DNA of 64,000 nt, from contig CAZWPK010000002.1 of NCBI GenBank assembly GCA_964635905.1, forward strand, positions 141,621-205,620, written 5' to 3'. Numbering within the stretch: position 1 is the stretch's first letter; each line of letters opens with the position of its first letter. Of this stretch, positions 50,839-60,851 are shown in pieces. The translations under genes were made by a program, and so were the position numbers. Source of the DNA: an uncultured Pseudomonadales bacterium (GTDB lineage: Bacteria; Patescibacteriota; Microgenomatia; UBA1400; UBA12028). The notes beneath the pieces are model-generated. The model had not been told where the DNA came from. It saw only the letters and a program-made list of their open reading frames with translations, and searched no databases.

Positions 50839-53025
50839 ATGACTCACCACTCAAAATTTTTCATCTTTTTTGTACTGGTTTCTATCCTAGTCGCTGTGCT
50901 ACTAGTCCCAAGTACTATTCAGGCACAGGTACCTTCGTTCTCTTTTGGGGCAGCTGGTGACTTTGCAAACGGCACTAATTTTAGGAATGTTGTATCCGCA
51001 GTCTCCGCAAACAATCCTGCTTTTTTTATCGCACTGGGGGACTTTGCCTACTCACCCTCGGAACAATCTTGGTGTAGTACCTGGAAAGCCAGTTACAACA
51101 ATATTCTATTGATTTCTGGAAACCATGATCAAGGTGATGCAGGGGGAGGCCTCTTGCAAACCTACGCTCAATACTGTCCCTATACGTTATCCGTTCCCAT
51201 GACAGGCAGCTATGCAAGACAGTACTATTTTGACTATCCCGCGACTGCACCACTGGCTCGATTCATTCAGATTAGCCCGAATTTGAGTGGACCCGCTTTT
51301 ACTGGTTTTGATACAAATTATGCGGTCGGTCGCCAGGGTCATACTTTCGTGTCCACCGCAATTGATGATGCTCGTGCCAAAGGAATAAAGTGGATCGTCG
51401 TGAGTATGCATAAAAACTATATTAGCGCGATGGAAAAACCAAACGAGATCGGAAACGATCTTGCAAGCCTGCTCTTTAATAAAAAAGTGGATTTAGTACT
51501 CCAAGGTCATGAGCATGGATATGAGCGGACAAAACAACTCAGATGCGCTCGAACAAACACTTATGATGCGAGCTGTGTCGTGGATGCCGATGATTCTATG
51601 GTTCAGGGCGCGGGAACAATTATTCACGTTCTTGGTACAGGCGGACAAGGACTACGTGGTTTGAATACTAGTGACTCTGAGTATCAGTACTTTGCTTCTG
51701 CAAACAATACTGCCTACGGGTTTGGTAAATTTACAGTTTCTCCCACCTCACTTTCCTACAATTTTGTACGATCTGGTGGTGGTGTATTTAGTGATAGTTT
51801 TACTATTACAGCCACCGGGTCGACCCCACCACCCACAACGGCTCCAACGGTCACACCCACACCGACCCCTAGCCCAACACTCAGGCCCACGCCGACATCG
51901 ACGCCTACACCTCTACCAACACAAACACCGGTGCCCAGCAGTACGATAATTCCTGCTACTCCTACATCTACATCTACTCCAATGCCCACAACTGCACCGT
52001 GTTCGACTTCCATTCCAACCACTGCCCAGAGTGTAATTATGAACCTGACTCTCCAAGAATCTGGCAGCTACACAGCGTGGACTCGCATGGCAAAAGGCAG
52101 TAACTTAGCTGACTCTTATTGGTTACAAGTTGACTCTCAGTGCCCGATCAATGTAGGTGACTCTGCCTCTATTCCTTCTACTGGATGGGGATGGGTTAAC
52201 TACAAAGACGGCAATCCAAATGCAAAGGTGACCTTTTCGCTGAGCCCTGGATCGCATCGTGTCACACTTGCCACCAGAGAAAGTGGAGTAAAAATAGATC
52301 ACATAGTGTTTACCAATGATCCAAACTGTGTCCCTAATAATCAAGGCTCATGTACAATTGTACAACCTACAAACACCCCTACAGTCGTTCCTACACCCAC
52401 AACACCTACTACACCCACAGCAACTCCTACACCACGACCCACACCTACGATCACCCCGACAATCAGACCGTCTGGGACACCGATTGCAACCCCAACTCCA
52501 AGACCAACTCTACCTCCATCCCCTTCACTGTCACCAACTCCTGTGCCATCTTCACAAATTATTTTGTCTCCTTCTCATGACTCATTTGTCCGAAGGGATG
52601 ATGATGATACGGTTTTCGGCAGAGAAGATAGTCTAGAGGTCGACGGATCACCAGAAAAGATCATTTTCATTAAATTTGATTCACGTCCCTATGCGGGAAA
52701 GACAGTCAGAAAAGCAATCCTACGACTACACGCCTTTGACTCATCTTCTGGAGAACAAACAGTGCACATCGTTCCGACAACTAGTTGGGGAGAGTATGTT
52801 GTTACCTATGAGAATAAGCCAGAAATTCAAGGAGTGATTACAAGAATTGTTAGACCTCAGTCTGGGAGAGCGATTGAAATCGATATCACATCGTATGTCC
52901 AATCAAAAATGGGCAAAGTGTTTTCACTTGCTATCAAATCTGTTTCCTCGAATGGAGTTGATTTCTACTCCAAAGAAGCACGGGATAGCAGTAAGCGACC
53001 TAAACTAACGATTTCAATCAACTAA
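50839..53025 (+). CDS. Secreted metallophosphoesterase with CBM-like and DNRLRE/CBM96-like domains
   Basis: AGD, LGDFAY, GNHD, GHEHGYER; PT linkers; RESG..ID; D.FV.......G....L.VD...IKFD...A.LRL...FYSKEA...PKL. Confidence 0.8.
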   Translation: MTHHSKFFIFFVLVSILVAVLLVPSTIQAQVPSFSFGAAGDFANGTNFRNVVSAVSANNPAFFIALGDFAYSPSEQSWCSTWKASYNNILLISGNHDQGDAGGGLLQTYAQYCPYTLSVPMTGSYARQYYFDYPATAPLARFIQISPNLSGPAFTGFDTNYAVGRQGHTFVSTAIDDARAKGIKWIVVSMHKNYISAMEKPNEIGNDLASLLFNKKVDLVLQGHEHGYERTKQLRCARTNTYDASCVVDADDSMVQGAGTIIHVLGTGGQGLRGLNTSDSEYQYFASANNTAYGFGKFTVSPTSLSYNFVRSGGGVFSDSFTITATGSTPPPTTAPTVTPTPTPSPTLRPTPTSTPTPLPTQTPVPSSTIIPATPTSTSTPMPTTAPCSTSIPTTAQSVIMNLTLQESGSYTAWTRMAKGSNLADSYWLQVDSQCPINVGDSASIPSTGWGWVNYKDGNPNAKVTFSLSPGSHRVTLATRESGVKIDHIVFTNDPNCVPNNQGSCTIVQPTNTPTVVPTPTTPTTPTATPTPRPTPTITPTIRPSGTPIATPTPRPTLPPSPSLSPTPVPSSQIILSPSHDSFVRRDDDDTVFGREDSLEVDGSPEKIIFIKFDSRPYAGKTVRKAILRLHAFDSSSGEQTVHIVPTTSWGEYVVTYENKPEIQGVITRIVRPQSGRAIEIDITSYVQSKMGKVFSLAIKSVSSNGVDFYSKEARDSSKRPKLTISIN

Positions 53026-53328
53026 AATGATGAAACTGGCAAAACTATAACACTTTTGTCTAGTCTGGATTGAATACCATCTTGTTTGTGCTTGCTCTGT
53101 TACCACACTAGTATGGTAATCACATACAGATTTCATCATGTATCCATCTGCGCAAAAAACGATCCATTCAGATACTTACTCACATCTCTTCGGGAAGATT
53201 ACTGACTGGAATCTCAGCTCATTAATTGACATCCTTCTGCCTGTAGTCTGCCATCGGTATGACTATCACCCGCACAAGTGTGAGACACCTGCATGACAGC
53301 GGAATTATTTTTGTGATACTCTAACTAT

Positions 53329-54740
53329 ATGCTCAAAACAATTGTCGTTCTCATTCAAAAAAGACCCGTTATATCAATGATCTTTTTTTATTTCTCATGG
53401 TCACCTGTTTATATGCTGTACTAGTTCTCCCTAAAAGCATAGATAACAGGTCAGAAGCTACAATCACACCTACCCCCAAGTATTTTGGATATATGTATGC
53501 CCAAGGAAATTTTTCAAAGCTAACCGACCACAGCAATGTTTTCTTTGCCCGTGATCTAGAAGAATATAACCAAATTCTTTCTACCACGAATGATCAAGTT
53601 ATTTTAGATACCACTTGGTTGTTATGGCATCCAGTGGAAAATGGATCTGCTCCCTGGGAACCCAAAGATGGTTGGCGAGATGAATGGAGGCACCTATGGA
53701 ACATTCTAAAGCCCAATGCACATCGAATTGCTGCAATTTACCCAATTGATGAACCTGATATGAATGCCAATAAAACAAAGTTTACTTTTATGGCCGATGT
53801 CATGCGAGAGACGATGTATTCTGATGGCAAAAATATTCCTCTTATGGCTATCTTTACTCCGTATGCTCCGTGGATGATGGTCGATAATAAAGCAAAAACC
53901 CATGCCGGGTTTAATATCAACAAAACCTGGGCAGATAGTCTTCCATTCTCTTTGGCACAACAGCACTTAGATTGGATCGGATTTGATGAATATGGATGTT
54001 TAAATTCTGAATGCTTAGGAGGTTTATCCTTAGAAGCAAAATTTAACATCATGCAAAATGCAATCAAAGACTATCCATTAGGAAAAAAATCAGTTTTTGT
54101 TGTCGGTGATGGATTAGCCTTTGGAACCATCTCCCCTACTGCTGCACAGCAAAGTGCCTATCTTGCGCGTAATCAAAAACTTTTTGATTTATGCACTCAA
54201 AATGGACGGTGTGTGGGATATTTTGCTTTTCTTTATAATTCGAACGCCACAGAAAAATTAATAGGCTTAGATCAAATGCCAATCGTACAGAATGATCTAA
54301 AACGTCTGGGCCAATTGGTGCTGCTTCCCACAATAAAAGTCGGGTTAATCCGAAATACTGAAGTGACACTTACTGCCAGCAAGGAATACGCTGCGTTTAC
54401 CAAAGATAAAGCTGTCAATGGGATCACAACAGACGCAGGCTGGGTCTCAGGAGGGTATGCACCACAGTGGTTAGAATTTCAATTCAAACAAAGTGAACAA
54501 ATATCTAGAATAGTTATGCATGTGAATCAAGATCCAGCAAGCCCTACTTTACATCGTATTTCAGTGGCCGGCGCAGATAAGGTGTACAGAGAAGTAGCGT
54601 CGCTAAATCAATCAACTGCCGATAAAGACCGGCTGACGAAAACATTTTCTCCTTCATTAAAAAACATTACATTTGTTAAGATTGAAACGCTAAACTCAAA
54701 GAGCTGGATAGCCTGGAGAGAAATAGAGTTCTATCGGTAA
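53329..54740 (+). CDS. GH-like TIM barrel plus C-terminal F5/8 (discoidin) domain; N-terminal anchor frameshifted
   Basis: IYPIDEPD, DWIGFDEY; AVNG...W....APQWL...WREIEFY. The main ORF is 53397-54740; ATG 53329 joins it only with one extra T in the T7 run. Confidence 0.7.
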
Positions 54741-54770
54741 GGAAGAAAAGCTGCTTTTCTATCTTTTTCC
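54741..54770 (+). terminator. Probable intrinsic terminator
   Basis: AGAAAAG-CTG-CTTTTCT followed by a T-rich run right after the stop. Confidence 0.45.
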
Positions 54771-55291
54771 AATCACAAGCCTGAATATAAGTGACCCTAA
54801 CACTTCCACATCCACACCAGCTCATTGCCGATATACTCGACTTTTTCAACACTTTTGCTGACGATTTGCGAGGTGTGAGCTACAACTTCGCCGTGTAATC
54901 ATTGCACAAACCATCGTGCTCACATCTGGTGACAATATATTTAAGTGTTAAGCATGTAGGGCATCACCAGATAACTTGCTCCACCTCTGGTAAAATACAG
55001 CTTTTCTCAAGCGGTTTTACTAACCTTACTTCTTATACACCTTCACACTATTAGAAACGCCCAATTTTTTTGACAGTTCACATATACATAAAAAGAGTTA
55101 GCTGCCTATATAGGTCAGTACAGGATTTAGGGTGATGGGAGGTGGAAGTGCTGAATGGTTACAAGGGTAGAAGAGGGTATGTAGTGGCTACACAGTCTGT
55201 AGAAAGGATGGCGTTAAAACCGCTTTGGAGTCCCGAGAGTGTCTAAGGCAGAGTAAAGCTAGAGCTGGAAGAGCAAACGTCTTTGGTATTC

Positions 55292-56482
55292 TTACCGACC
55301 AATAATCCTCACGGTCTCATTTCCCAAACCACCCTGAACACTGATTGTATTGTCAGAAATTAAGGTGGAAAGAGCAGCTTCTTCTGCGTCACTTAATGAT
55401 GGTCGTAAAACCCGATTTGGAAATATCCTGCCCCCTGCTAGACTTGCTATGGTACTTTCAGTACCATCATGTCGGTGTAAAACGAGGTTATACGAATTTC
55501 CTGACCTCTGAACTGAAAAAGTGGCAGCAATCCCACTTACATCAAATCTTTCGCCCAGTTGTAAAACGTTAGTTCCCTGTTCCACGAGCCTAGTAATCTC
55601 AGAACCTTCTGACTCAGCTTCCGCTGCTGGTTGAGAGCTTTCAGGAGAAATCTCTAAAACCATATTACCTGTGTTTGGATCTGTGCTGGCTATTTCATCA
55701 AATATAGCGGTTTCATCTGCGGTTAAGGGTAAAAGCGCACCTCTATCACTAATCCTAAAAATAATTGAGTCTCCGCTTTGTGGCTCGATGTCTGTAAAAC
55801 GGTAGGTCTTACCATCGTAGGTAAAATCCTCGTTTCTTTCTATTGTTATCCCATTTAACACTGTAGTTTCACTGCCTTGCTCACCGTCTTCCTCGCTTAG
55901 GGAGGAAGAAATAATGATATCAGGGACATTACCTGATGATGCCTCAATCGCACCATCTGGGTTAATAACCGAGAAAGTAATTCTCGAACCGTCATCCATA
56001 TGGAATGAATAGGCTGAAACTTCATATGTTCTTGACTGGGATTGACCCATAGCACTACCAGAAATTGTTAACTGCAACCCTCTTAAGTCTTGAGCTGTGC
56101 CATTGCGAAAGGCATCAGCTATGGCTGATTCGGCAGAAGAAGTGTTAACTTGGACATTCGTACCAGCAGTCTCGTCAGCCACAGAGTCAGCAGTTCTTCG
56201 AAATTGAGTATTAATCTCATTAAGAACTGTATCAAGATTGTCGCCAGCCCCCAAAGATATTTCAAATCTACCAGCACCATTAAGAGTGATGCTCAATGTG
56301 ACTCGCTCACCCGTGGGTAGTGATTGAAGAAAATTCTCTAGGGAAGTACCCAAATTCTCACCATGTTGCAAAGCATTGAAAAACTCTTGCAGTGCTTGGG
56401 ACGTTTCGGAGCCTTCCTGTCCTTGACCATCAACATTATTATTTTCGATAATGGCCAGTGGTGCTGGTTGTATCTCAGACAT
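55292..56482 (-). CDS. Acidic Ser/Thr/Gly-rich hypothetical protein
   Basis: 396-aa ORF, no recognisable family. Confidence 0.65.
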   Translation of the reverse strand: MSEIQPAPLAIIENNNVDGQGQEGSETSQALQEFFNALQHGENLGTSLENFLQSLPTGERVTLSITLNGAGRFEISLGAGDNLDTVLNEINTQFRRTADSVADETAGTNVQVNTSSAESAIADAFRNGTAQDLRGLQLTISGSAMGQSQSRTYEVSAYSFHMDDGSRITFSVINPDGAIEASSGNVPDIIISSSLSEEDGEQGSETTVLNGITIERNEDFTYDGKTYRFTDIEPQSGDSIIFRISDRGALLPLTADETAIFDEIASTDPNTGNMVLEISPESSQPAAEAESEGSEITRLVEQGTNVLQLGERFDVSGIAATFSVQRSGNSYNLVLHRHDGTESTIASLAGGRIFPNRVLRPSLSDAEEAALSTLISDNTISVQGGLGNETVRIIGR

Positions 56483-56583
56483 ATTGCTCTCAGTTATGTT
56501 ATTAGTGAAATTGGCTCTCCCAAATTATATCAAATCATAGATAAAATGTTTGAACATAGACGCAAATAACCATAAGTCAGTAA

Positions 56584-57355
56584 GTTCTAAAACGAATCGC
56601 AACACTCCAGTAAAATTGGAGGACTATGTTGCATACAAAGATAACTCCGGATGAGAGGGATACAATTGCGACTCTTTTTGCTGGTGGGAGCTCAGTACGC
56701 TCCATAGCCAGCGAACTTGATAGGTCTCCATCTAGTATTTCTCGGGAACTCAAAAGGAATGGGAGTAAAGGAACGTGCTCTGCAATTCTGGCCCAGAAAA
56801 AGAGCGAGATCAGGAACAAAACAAGTAGGAGATTGAACCCACTAAAAGATCAGAAGATCTATGCGTAGGTCCTGGACAAACTGCGCTGTGGTTGGTCACC
56901 AGAGCAAATAGTTGGAAGACTAGAGAAAGAATACTGAGAGAGACTTATCTGTCATGAAACCATTTACAAATATGTGTACGAATCTGAGGATGGGAGACGG
57001 AGGAGATTGTTTGAAAATCGGCCTCGCAGACAACCAAAGAGGCAACGATGGAAAGGAAGAAGTGTGTATCACAAAGGAATACAAAACAGAGTGAGTATCC
57101 ATGACAAACCAGAGGTGATTAACCAAAAGAAGCAATTTGGATACTGGGAATTTGATGTGGTGGAAGGAAAGGCACACAAAGGTGGAATGGTGACAGCTTT
57201 GGAACGAGTCAACCGTTTCTACCAAGTGAAACTTCTACCCAGCAATGATTCTGAATATGGTGTGACCGCTCAGCTTCATATTCTCAGATCTCTGTCAAGA
57301 TTTGCCAGGAAGACAGCAACATTTGACAATGGCAAAGAGAACTACAACCATACAA
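56584..57355 (+). mobile_element. IS30-family element remnant (transposase pseudogene)
   Basis: HTH (SVRSIA.EL.RSPSSISRELKRN), GWSPEQI.GRL, HETIY, G.WEFD, TFDNGKE; in-frame stops TAG 56866 and TGA 56935; 3' end missing. Confidence 0.88.
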
Positions 57356-57636
57356 AGATGCGTCTTACAGAACTACATGGAGAAGAACTAAATGTGGATG
57401 CTCTTTTGAACTACGCATACATCTATATTCGAACAGTCGAGAGCGTGTGGTATGACGCTCCAGGTATGTACAGAGTACGACTTCAAAGGATTATTTTTCC
57501 CAAGGGGGTGGACTATGGAAAAGAAGGTTTTTCGAACACGGAAATATCCCCATTATTCAAGCTAATTGAACTTTTAGGAGCTGAGCAGTCAAATGATGTG
57601 ACCCCACCGAGATTCGAACTCGGGTTTACAGGATGA
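57356..57636 (+). pseudogene. Probable C-terminal fragment of a tRNA-associated recombinase
   Basis: Sequence after the IS30 part (..VW.DA....RLQRIIFPKGV.Y...F.NTEISPLFKLI) is not IS30-like and reads into the tRNA 3' end; family call from recall only. Confidence 0.45.
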
Positions 57637-57671
57637 GAACCTGCTGTCCTAGGCCTCTAGACGATGGGGCC
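57599..57671 (-). tRNA. tRNA-Glu (CTC)
   Basis: GGCCCCA/TGGGGTC acceptor, GCAGG-TTCTCAT-CCTGT anticodon arm, CCGAG-TTCGAAT-CTCGG T arm. Confidence 0.96.
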
Positions 57672-57754
57672 AACTAGAGAAGTTCTTATTTTATCACGAT
57701 CTTACCTAGTTCTTCTCCTTTTTTCTAGGCTTCAGGGTAAAATAAATATACTTC

Positions 57755-58753
57755 ATGTTTAAACAAACTACATTTCTTCGAGTAATCTTTGTCTTAAGCT
57801 TAGTTTTCTCGGATCTTCACTTTATTCGAGACTATGTGAATGCATACCAGGAGCTTCCCTTCCAGCTCAATCGTCAATTAATACATGAATTCATCCCTAG
57901 AATCCCTGCCCCCACATCGATTCCGGATCCTCCCTATTTTAATGTGCAGATCTCTGAAGCCGATTGGCAAGGAAAGACCTTTATTGCAAAGATAAGCAAT
58001 AAGAACCCATTTGCCGTCTACAATACCGAAATCCGCATTGGGGTTAGTCCAACGAAGGAACCTTGGAATGAGATTAAAATCCATCGGTTCACCGTTCCGG
58101 TAGCGTTGGAGGCGAGTGATCATGTCTATTTTTCAAAAACACTTCCCTTGGAGACCAATGACTATTGGTGGTCTGTTGAAGTAGCATCCACACTTCCCTA
58201 TAACGGTGAAACGGTAAGTGCAACTCCTTCTGGATTGGTAATCTCACCGACAAAGCCTAAAGCCAATGTAAAATCATCGAAAAAATCGTCTCCCGTGGAT
58301 ACAGAGCCATGGGGAGTCGCACTCAAAATTGATGATGTAACGTGGACAATCAAAGTGAAAGAAGATGACCGCATGGCAACGCTAGAAGAAACTTTACTTG
58401 CCCTCAACGAATATCGTAAACGACATGGAGCTGGGCAGCTTTCAGCCAATGATCAGTTAGCCGCGTTTGCCAAGGAGCGAGCTGTGTATTTAAACTCCAT
58501 AAAAAGTACGGACAAACATGCTGGTTTCCAGCAATACATCGCCAATGAAGACAACATCAAAAAACTCGGATTTGGGTCACTGGGAGAAAATAGTGGATAT
58601 GGGCATCAATTAATTGGGGTGCACTTAATTGAATGGATCTATGGGGGAGATCCCCAACACAATGCCAATCAATTAGATCGTTCCTGGTCGCATGTGGGAA
58701 TTGGTATCGAAGGTTTAGCCGTTGTCTTTATCTTCGGTGGCTCGAAGTTTTAA
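57755..58753 (+). CDS. Secreted CAP/SCP-domain protein
   Basis: LNEYR..HG...L, H.GF, LGEN, H.ANQL...WSHVGIG. Confidence 0.85.
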   Translation: MFKQTTFLRVIFVLSLVFSDLHFIRDYVNAYQELPFQLNRQLIHEFIPRIPAPTSIPDPPYFNVQISEADWQGKTFIAKISNKNPFAVYNTEIRIGVSPTKEPWNEIKIHRFTVPVALEASDHVYFSKTLPLETNDYWWSVEVASTLPYNGETVSATPSGLVISPTKPKANVKSSKKSSPVDTEPWGVALKIDDVTWTIKVKEDDRMATLEETLLALNEYRKRHGAGQLSANDQLAAFAKERAVYLNSIKSTDKHAGFQQYIANEDNIKKLGFGSLGENSGYGHQLIGVHLIEWIYGGDPQHNANQLDRSWSHVGIGIEGLAVVFIFGGSKF

Positions 58754-59281
58754 TTCCAACTCTTTGAGTCGTTCGCGTTGTACTCGTGTGGGTCGAATAA
58801 AGGATCGCACACTTTGAACGGACGCAAAGGCGTCCTCATAGGTCAGTCCGGTACTCATCAGATAGGCGATCGCCATCGTTGGTCCCCGTCCTTCTCCTCC
58901 ACGGCAGTGGACGTACACTTTTCCCCCATTTTGAAGCTGGGTTGTGATATAGGCAATCCCCTCCTCTAGATGCTCCATTGAGGGCGCATGCATGTCTTTG
59001 GTCGGTAAATGTAAATAGGAAAGTCCAAGTTTTTTCACTTTGGTTAGAAGTACTGGAGAAGTCATGGCTCGCATATTCACCACCGCGGTAAATTCTTGGG
59101 ATTTCAAGCGATCAAGACCAATATCAGAGTACTGCCCCCCGACAAACAACTGCGGGGAAATTTCGCTGCGTTTTCGACTCGGAAGACCGGTAATTTCCCG
59201 GTAGCGATAATCTAAAAAACGTTCGAATTGGATGTGTAGAGATTTAATCTTACTTTGAATGAAGTCCGTAAACGTTGTCAT
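58715..59281 (-). CDS. Dual-specificity (Cys-based) phosphatase
   Basis: LFVG, HLPT.D..AP, VYVHCRGGEGR (CX5R), VR..I.P. Confidence 0.9.
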   Translation of the reverse strand: MTTFTDFIQSKIKSLHIQFERFLDYRYREITGLPSRKRSEISPQLFVGGQYSDIGLDRLKSQEFTAVVNMRAMTSPVLLTKVKKLGLSYLHLPTKDMHAPSMEHLEEGIAYITTQLQNGGKVYVHCRGGEGRGPTMAIAYLMSTGLTYEDAFASVQSVRSFIRPTRVQRERLKELELKLRATEDKDNG

Positions 59282-60150
59282 ACGAGTATGGTAACTGTTT
59301 TCGGGAGAACTTGTACATCTAGTTTTGACAGCGCCACAATTTCATCATCACACAGAACGGTTTGTACCGGTTTCATCTTGACACTTACTGTACTGACTTT
59401 GAAACGGCGCAACGATGGTGCTTTCTGCTGGGTGACACTTCCCTTTACCATGGTTAACAATGATTTCAAATCTGCTTGAGTAATAACAATCACATCCAAC
59501 TTTCTATCATCCACTTGAACATTCGGCACCAGAGAGATTCCGGAAACTCCCATATTGGCGCTATTGGCAATCATCAGCGCCACTCCTTCAATCTCTTCAT
59601 CATGATCATCCAGTTTTAAAGAATACAGACAGGTCTGTGGTTTGGAGAGATGTTCGAGCGCGGACACTACATAGCCTAAGGATCCAAGGTTTCTTTTGCG
59701 CGAACGTGTGGTTGTTTTGACCATATCAGCCAGGATTCCAGTACTCACGCGCAAGAGAAAGGGTTTTGTATTACACAAGCCCATATCGAGCTTTCGGAGT
59801 TGCGGCGCCTTCTTTCCCAAAACTTTTATTGCTTCTGCTGGGTCAAGAGGAATGTGGAGCTCTTTGGCTAACACATTTGCGGTTCCTCCTGGCAGGATGA
59901 CGAGCGGCATGTCTGTTTGACACAAGGCTCGTGCCACTTTCATGATGGTTCCATCACCGCCATACACCACTACGGCATCCACTTTTAAACGTAGAGCTTC
60001 TGTTGCGTGGGTATAGGATTCTTCACTAGACCGTGATATTTTTATTTCCCACTCTAATCCATACCGTTTCATTGCGCGTGCAATCACGGGTAAAATGGGG
60101 TATAACGGTCCGGAAATCGGATTGACAATACAATAGACTGAGTGAAGCAT
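59278..60150 (-). CDS. Diacylglycerol/lipid kinase (YegS/DAGK family)
   Basis: NPISG, GGDGT, LPGGTANVLA, LCDDE. Confidence 0.9.
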   Translation of the reverse strand: MLHSVYCIVNPISGPLYPILPVIARAMKRYGLEWEIKISRSSEESYTHATEALRLKVDAVVVYGGDGTIMKVARALCQTDMPLVILPGGTANVLAKELHIPLDPAEAIKVLGKKAPQLRKLDMGLCNTKPFLLRVSTGILADMVKTTTRSRKRNLGSLGYVVSALEHLSKPQTCLYSLKLDDHDEEIEGVALMIANSANMGVSGISLVPNVQVDDRKLDVIVITQADLKSLLTMVKGSVTQQKAPSLRRFKVSTVSVKMKPVQTVLCDDEIVALSKLDVQVLPKTVTILV

Positions 60151-60171
60151 TACTATCTCTTTACCGCACGT

Positions 60172-60732
60172 ATGATTAGTATTTCAACAAAAACAGGTGA
60201 TAAAGGTGAAAGTGGTCTTGCCAATGGGACACGAGTTGGCAAAGACGCACTCATCTTTGATGTCTTAGGAACCCTGGATGAGTTAAATTCTTGGATTGGC
60301 TTAAGCCTAACCTCCATCGATGCTTCCCTCAAAGGGCATCGCGATTTCTTGTTTCAAATTCAGGACACCCTATTCTATATCGGGGCAGAACTTGCCGCTT
60401 CACCAACAACGCGTTTCGATACAGCAGCACTAGAGGTCCTGGATACCAAGTGTGAGCAATTGCAACACGCCATGGAAGACAACTGGGTGACCAAATTTCT
60501 CTTGCCGGGTGGAACTGCTGCTGCGGCGCAGCTGGATGTCACTCGTTGTGTCTGTCGACGGTTAGAGCGCTTACTCGTCTCCTTGCACCAAAAAGAACCG
60601 TTACGATCGGAACTCTTAGCATATATTAATCGGCTATCTGATTACTTTTATGTGCTTCGCTGCTTTATCAACTTACAAGCAGACTACAAAGAGCATCCCT
60701 TCGACTCTTCCTATTCTCCTTTCTTTAAGTAA
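60172..60732 (+). CDS. pduO: PduO-type cob(I)alamin adenosyltransferase
   Basis: TKTGDKGES, GTLDELNS.IG, IQ..LF..GAELA, FLLPGG...AA.L...R.VCRR.ER, YINRLSDYF. Confidence 0.92.
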   Translation: MISISTKTGDKGESGLANGTRVGKDALIFDVLGTLDELNSWIGLSLTSIDASLKGHRDFLFQIQDTLFYIGAELAASPTTRFDTAALEVLDTKCEQLQHAMEDNWVTKFLLPGGTAAAAQLDVTRCVCRRLERLLVSLHQKEPLRSELLAYINRLSDYFYVLRCFINLQADYKEHPFDSSYSPFFK

Positions 60733-60739
60733 TTTCCCC

Positions 60740-60768
60740 TTGCATTTCTACCGCATTTTAACTACAAC
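60740..60768 (+). promoter_or_regulatory. Promoter TTGCAT-17-TACAAC
   Basis: Exact 17-nt spacer; places the transcription start just before the riboswitch. Confidence 0.6.
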
Positions 60769-60776
60769 TAGTATCC

Positions 60777-60851
60777 ACATCGGAACCATGTGTAAATCAT
60801 GGACTGTGCCGCAACTGTAAACCTTTTTAAAAGGGAAGTCAGGAACGATGT
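60777..60851 (+). ncRNA. Compact cobalamin riboswitch aptamer
   Basis: ACATCG/CGATGT closing helix; GGAA; CCATG-TGTAAAT-CATGG T-loop stem; ACTGTGCC-GCAACTGTAA; short CCTTT/AAAGG stem; B12 box AAGTCAGGA. Confidence 0.85.

Noticed and set aside
44322-57000. In-frame TGA codons as a sign of genetic code 25 or selenocysteine
   Set aside because: They occur only in relics that also contain TAG/TAA stops or frameshifts; RF2 is present and intact genes end in TGA.
58715-58753. 39-bp convergent overlap of the CAP and phosphatase genes
   Set aside because: Short tail-to-tail overlaps are ordinary in compact genomes.
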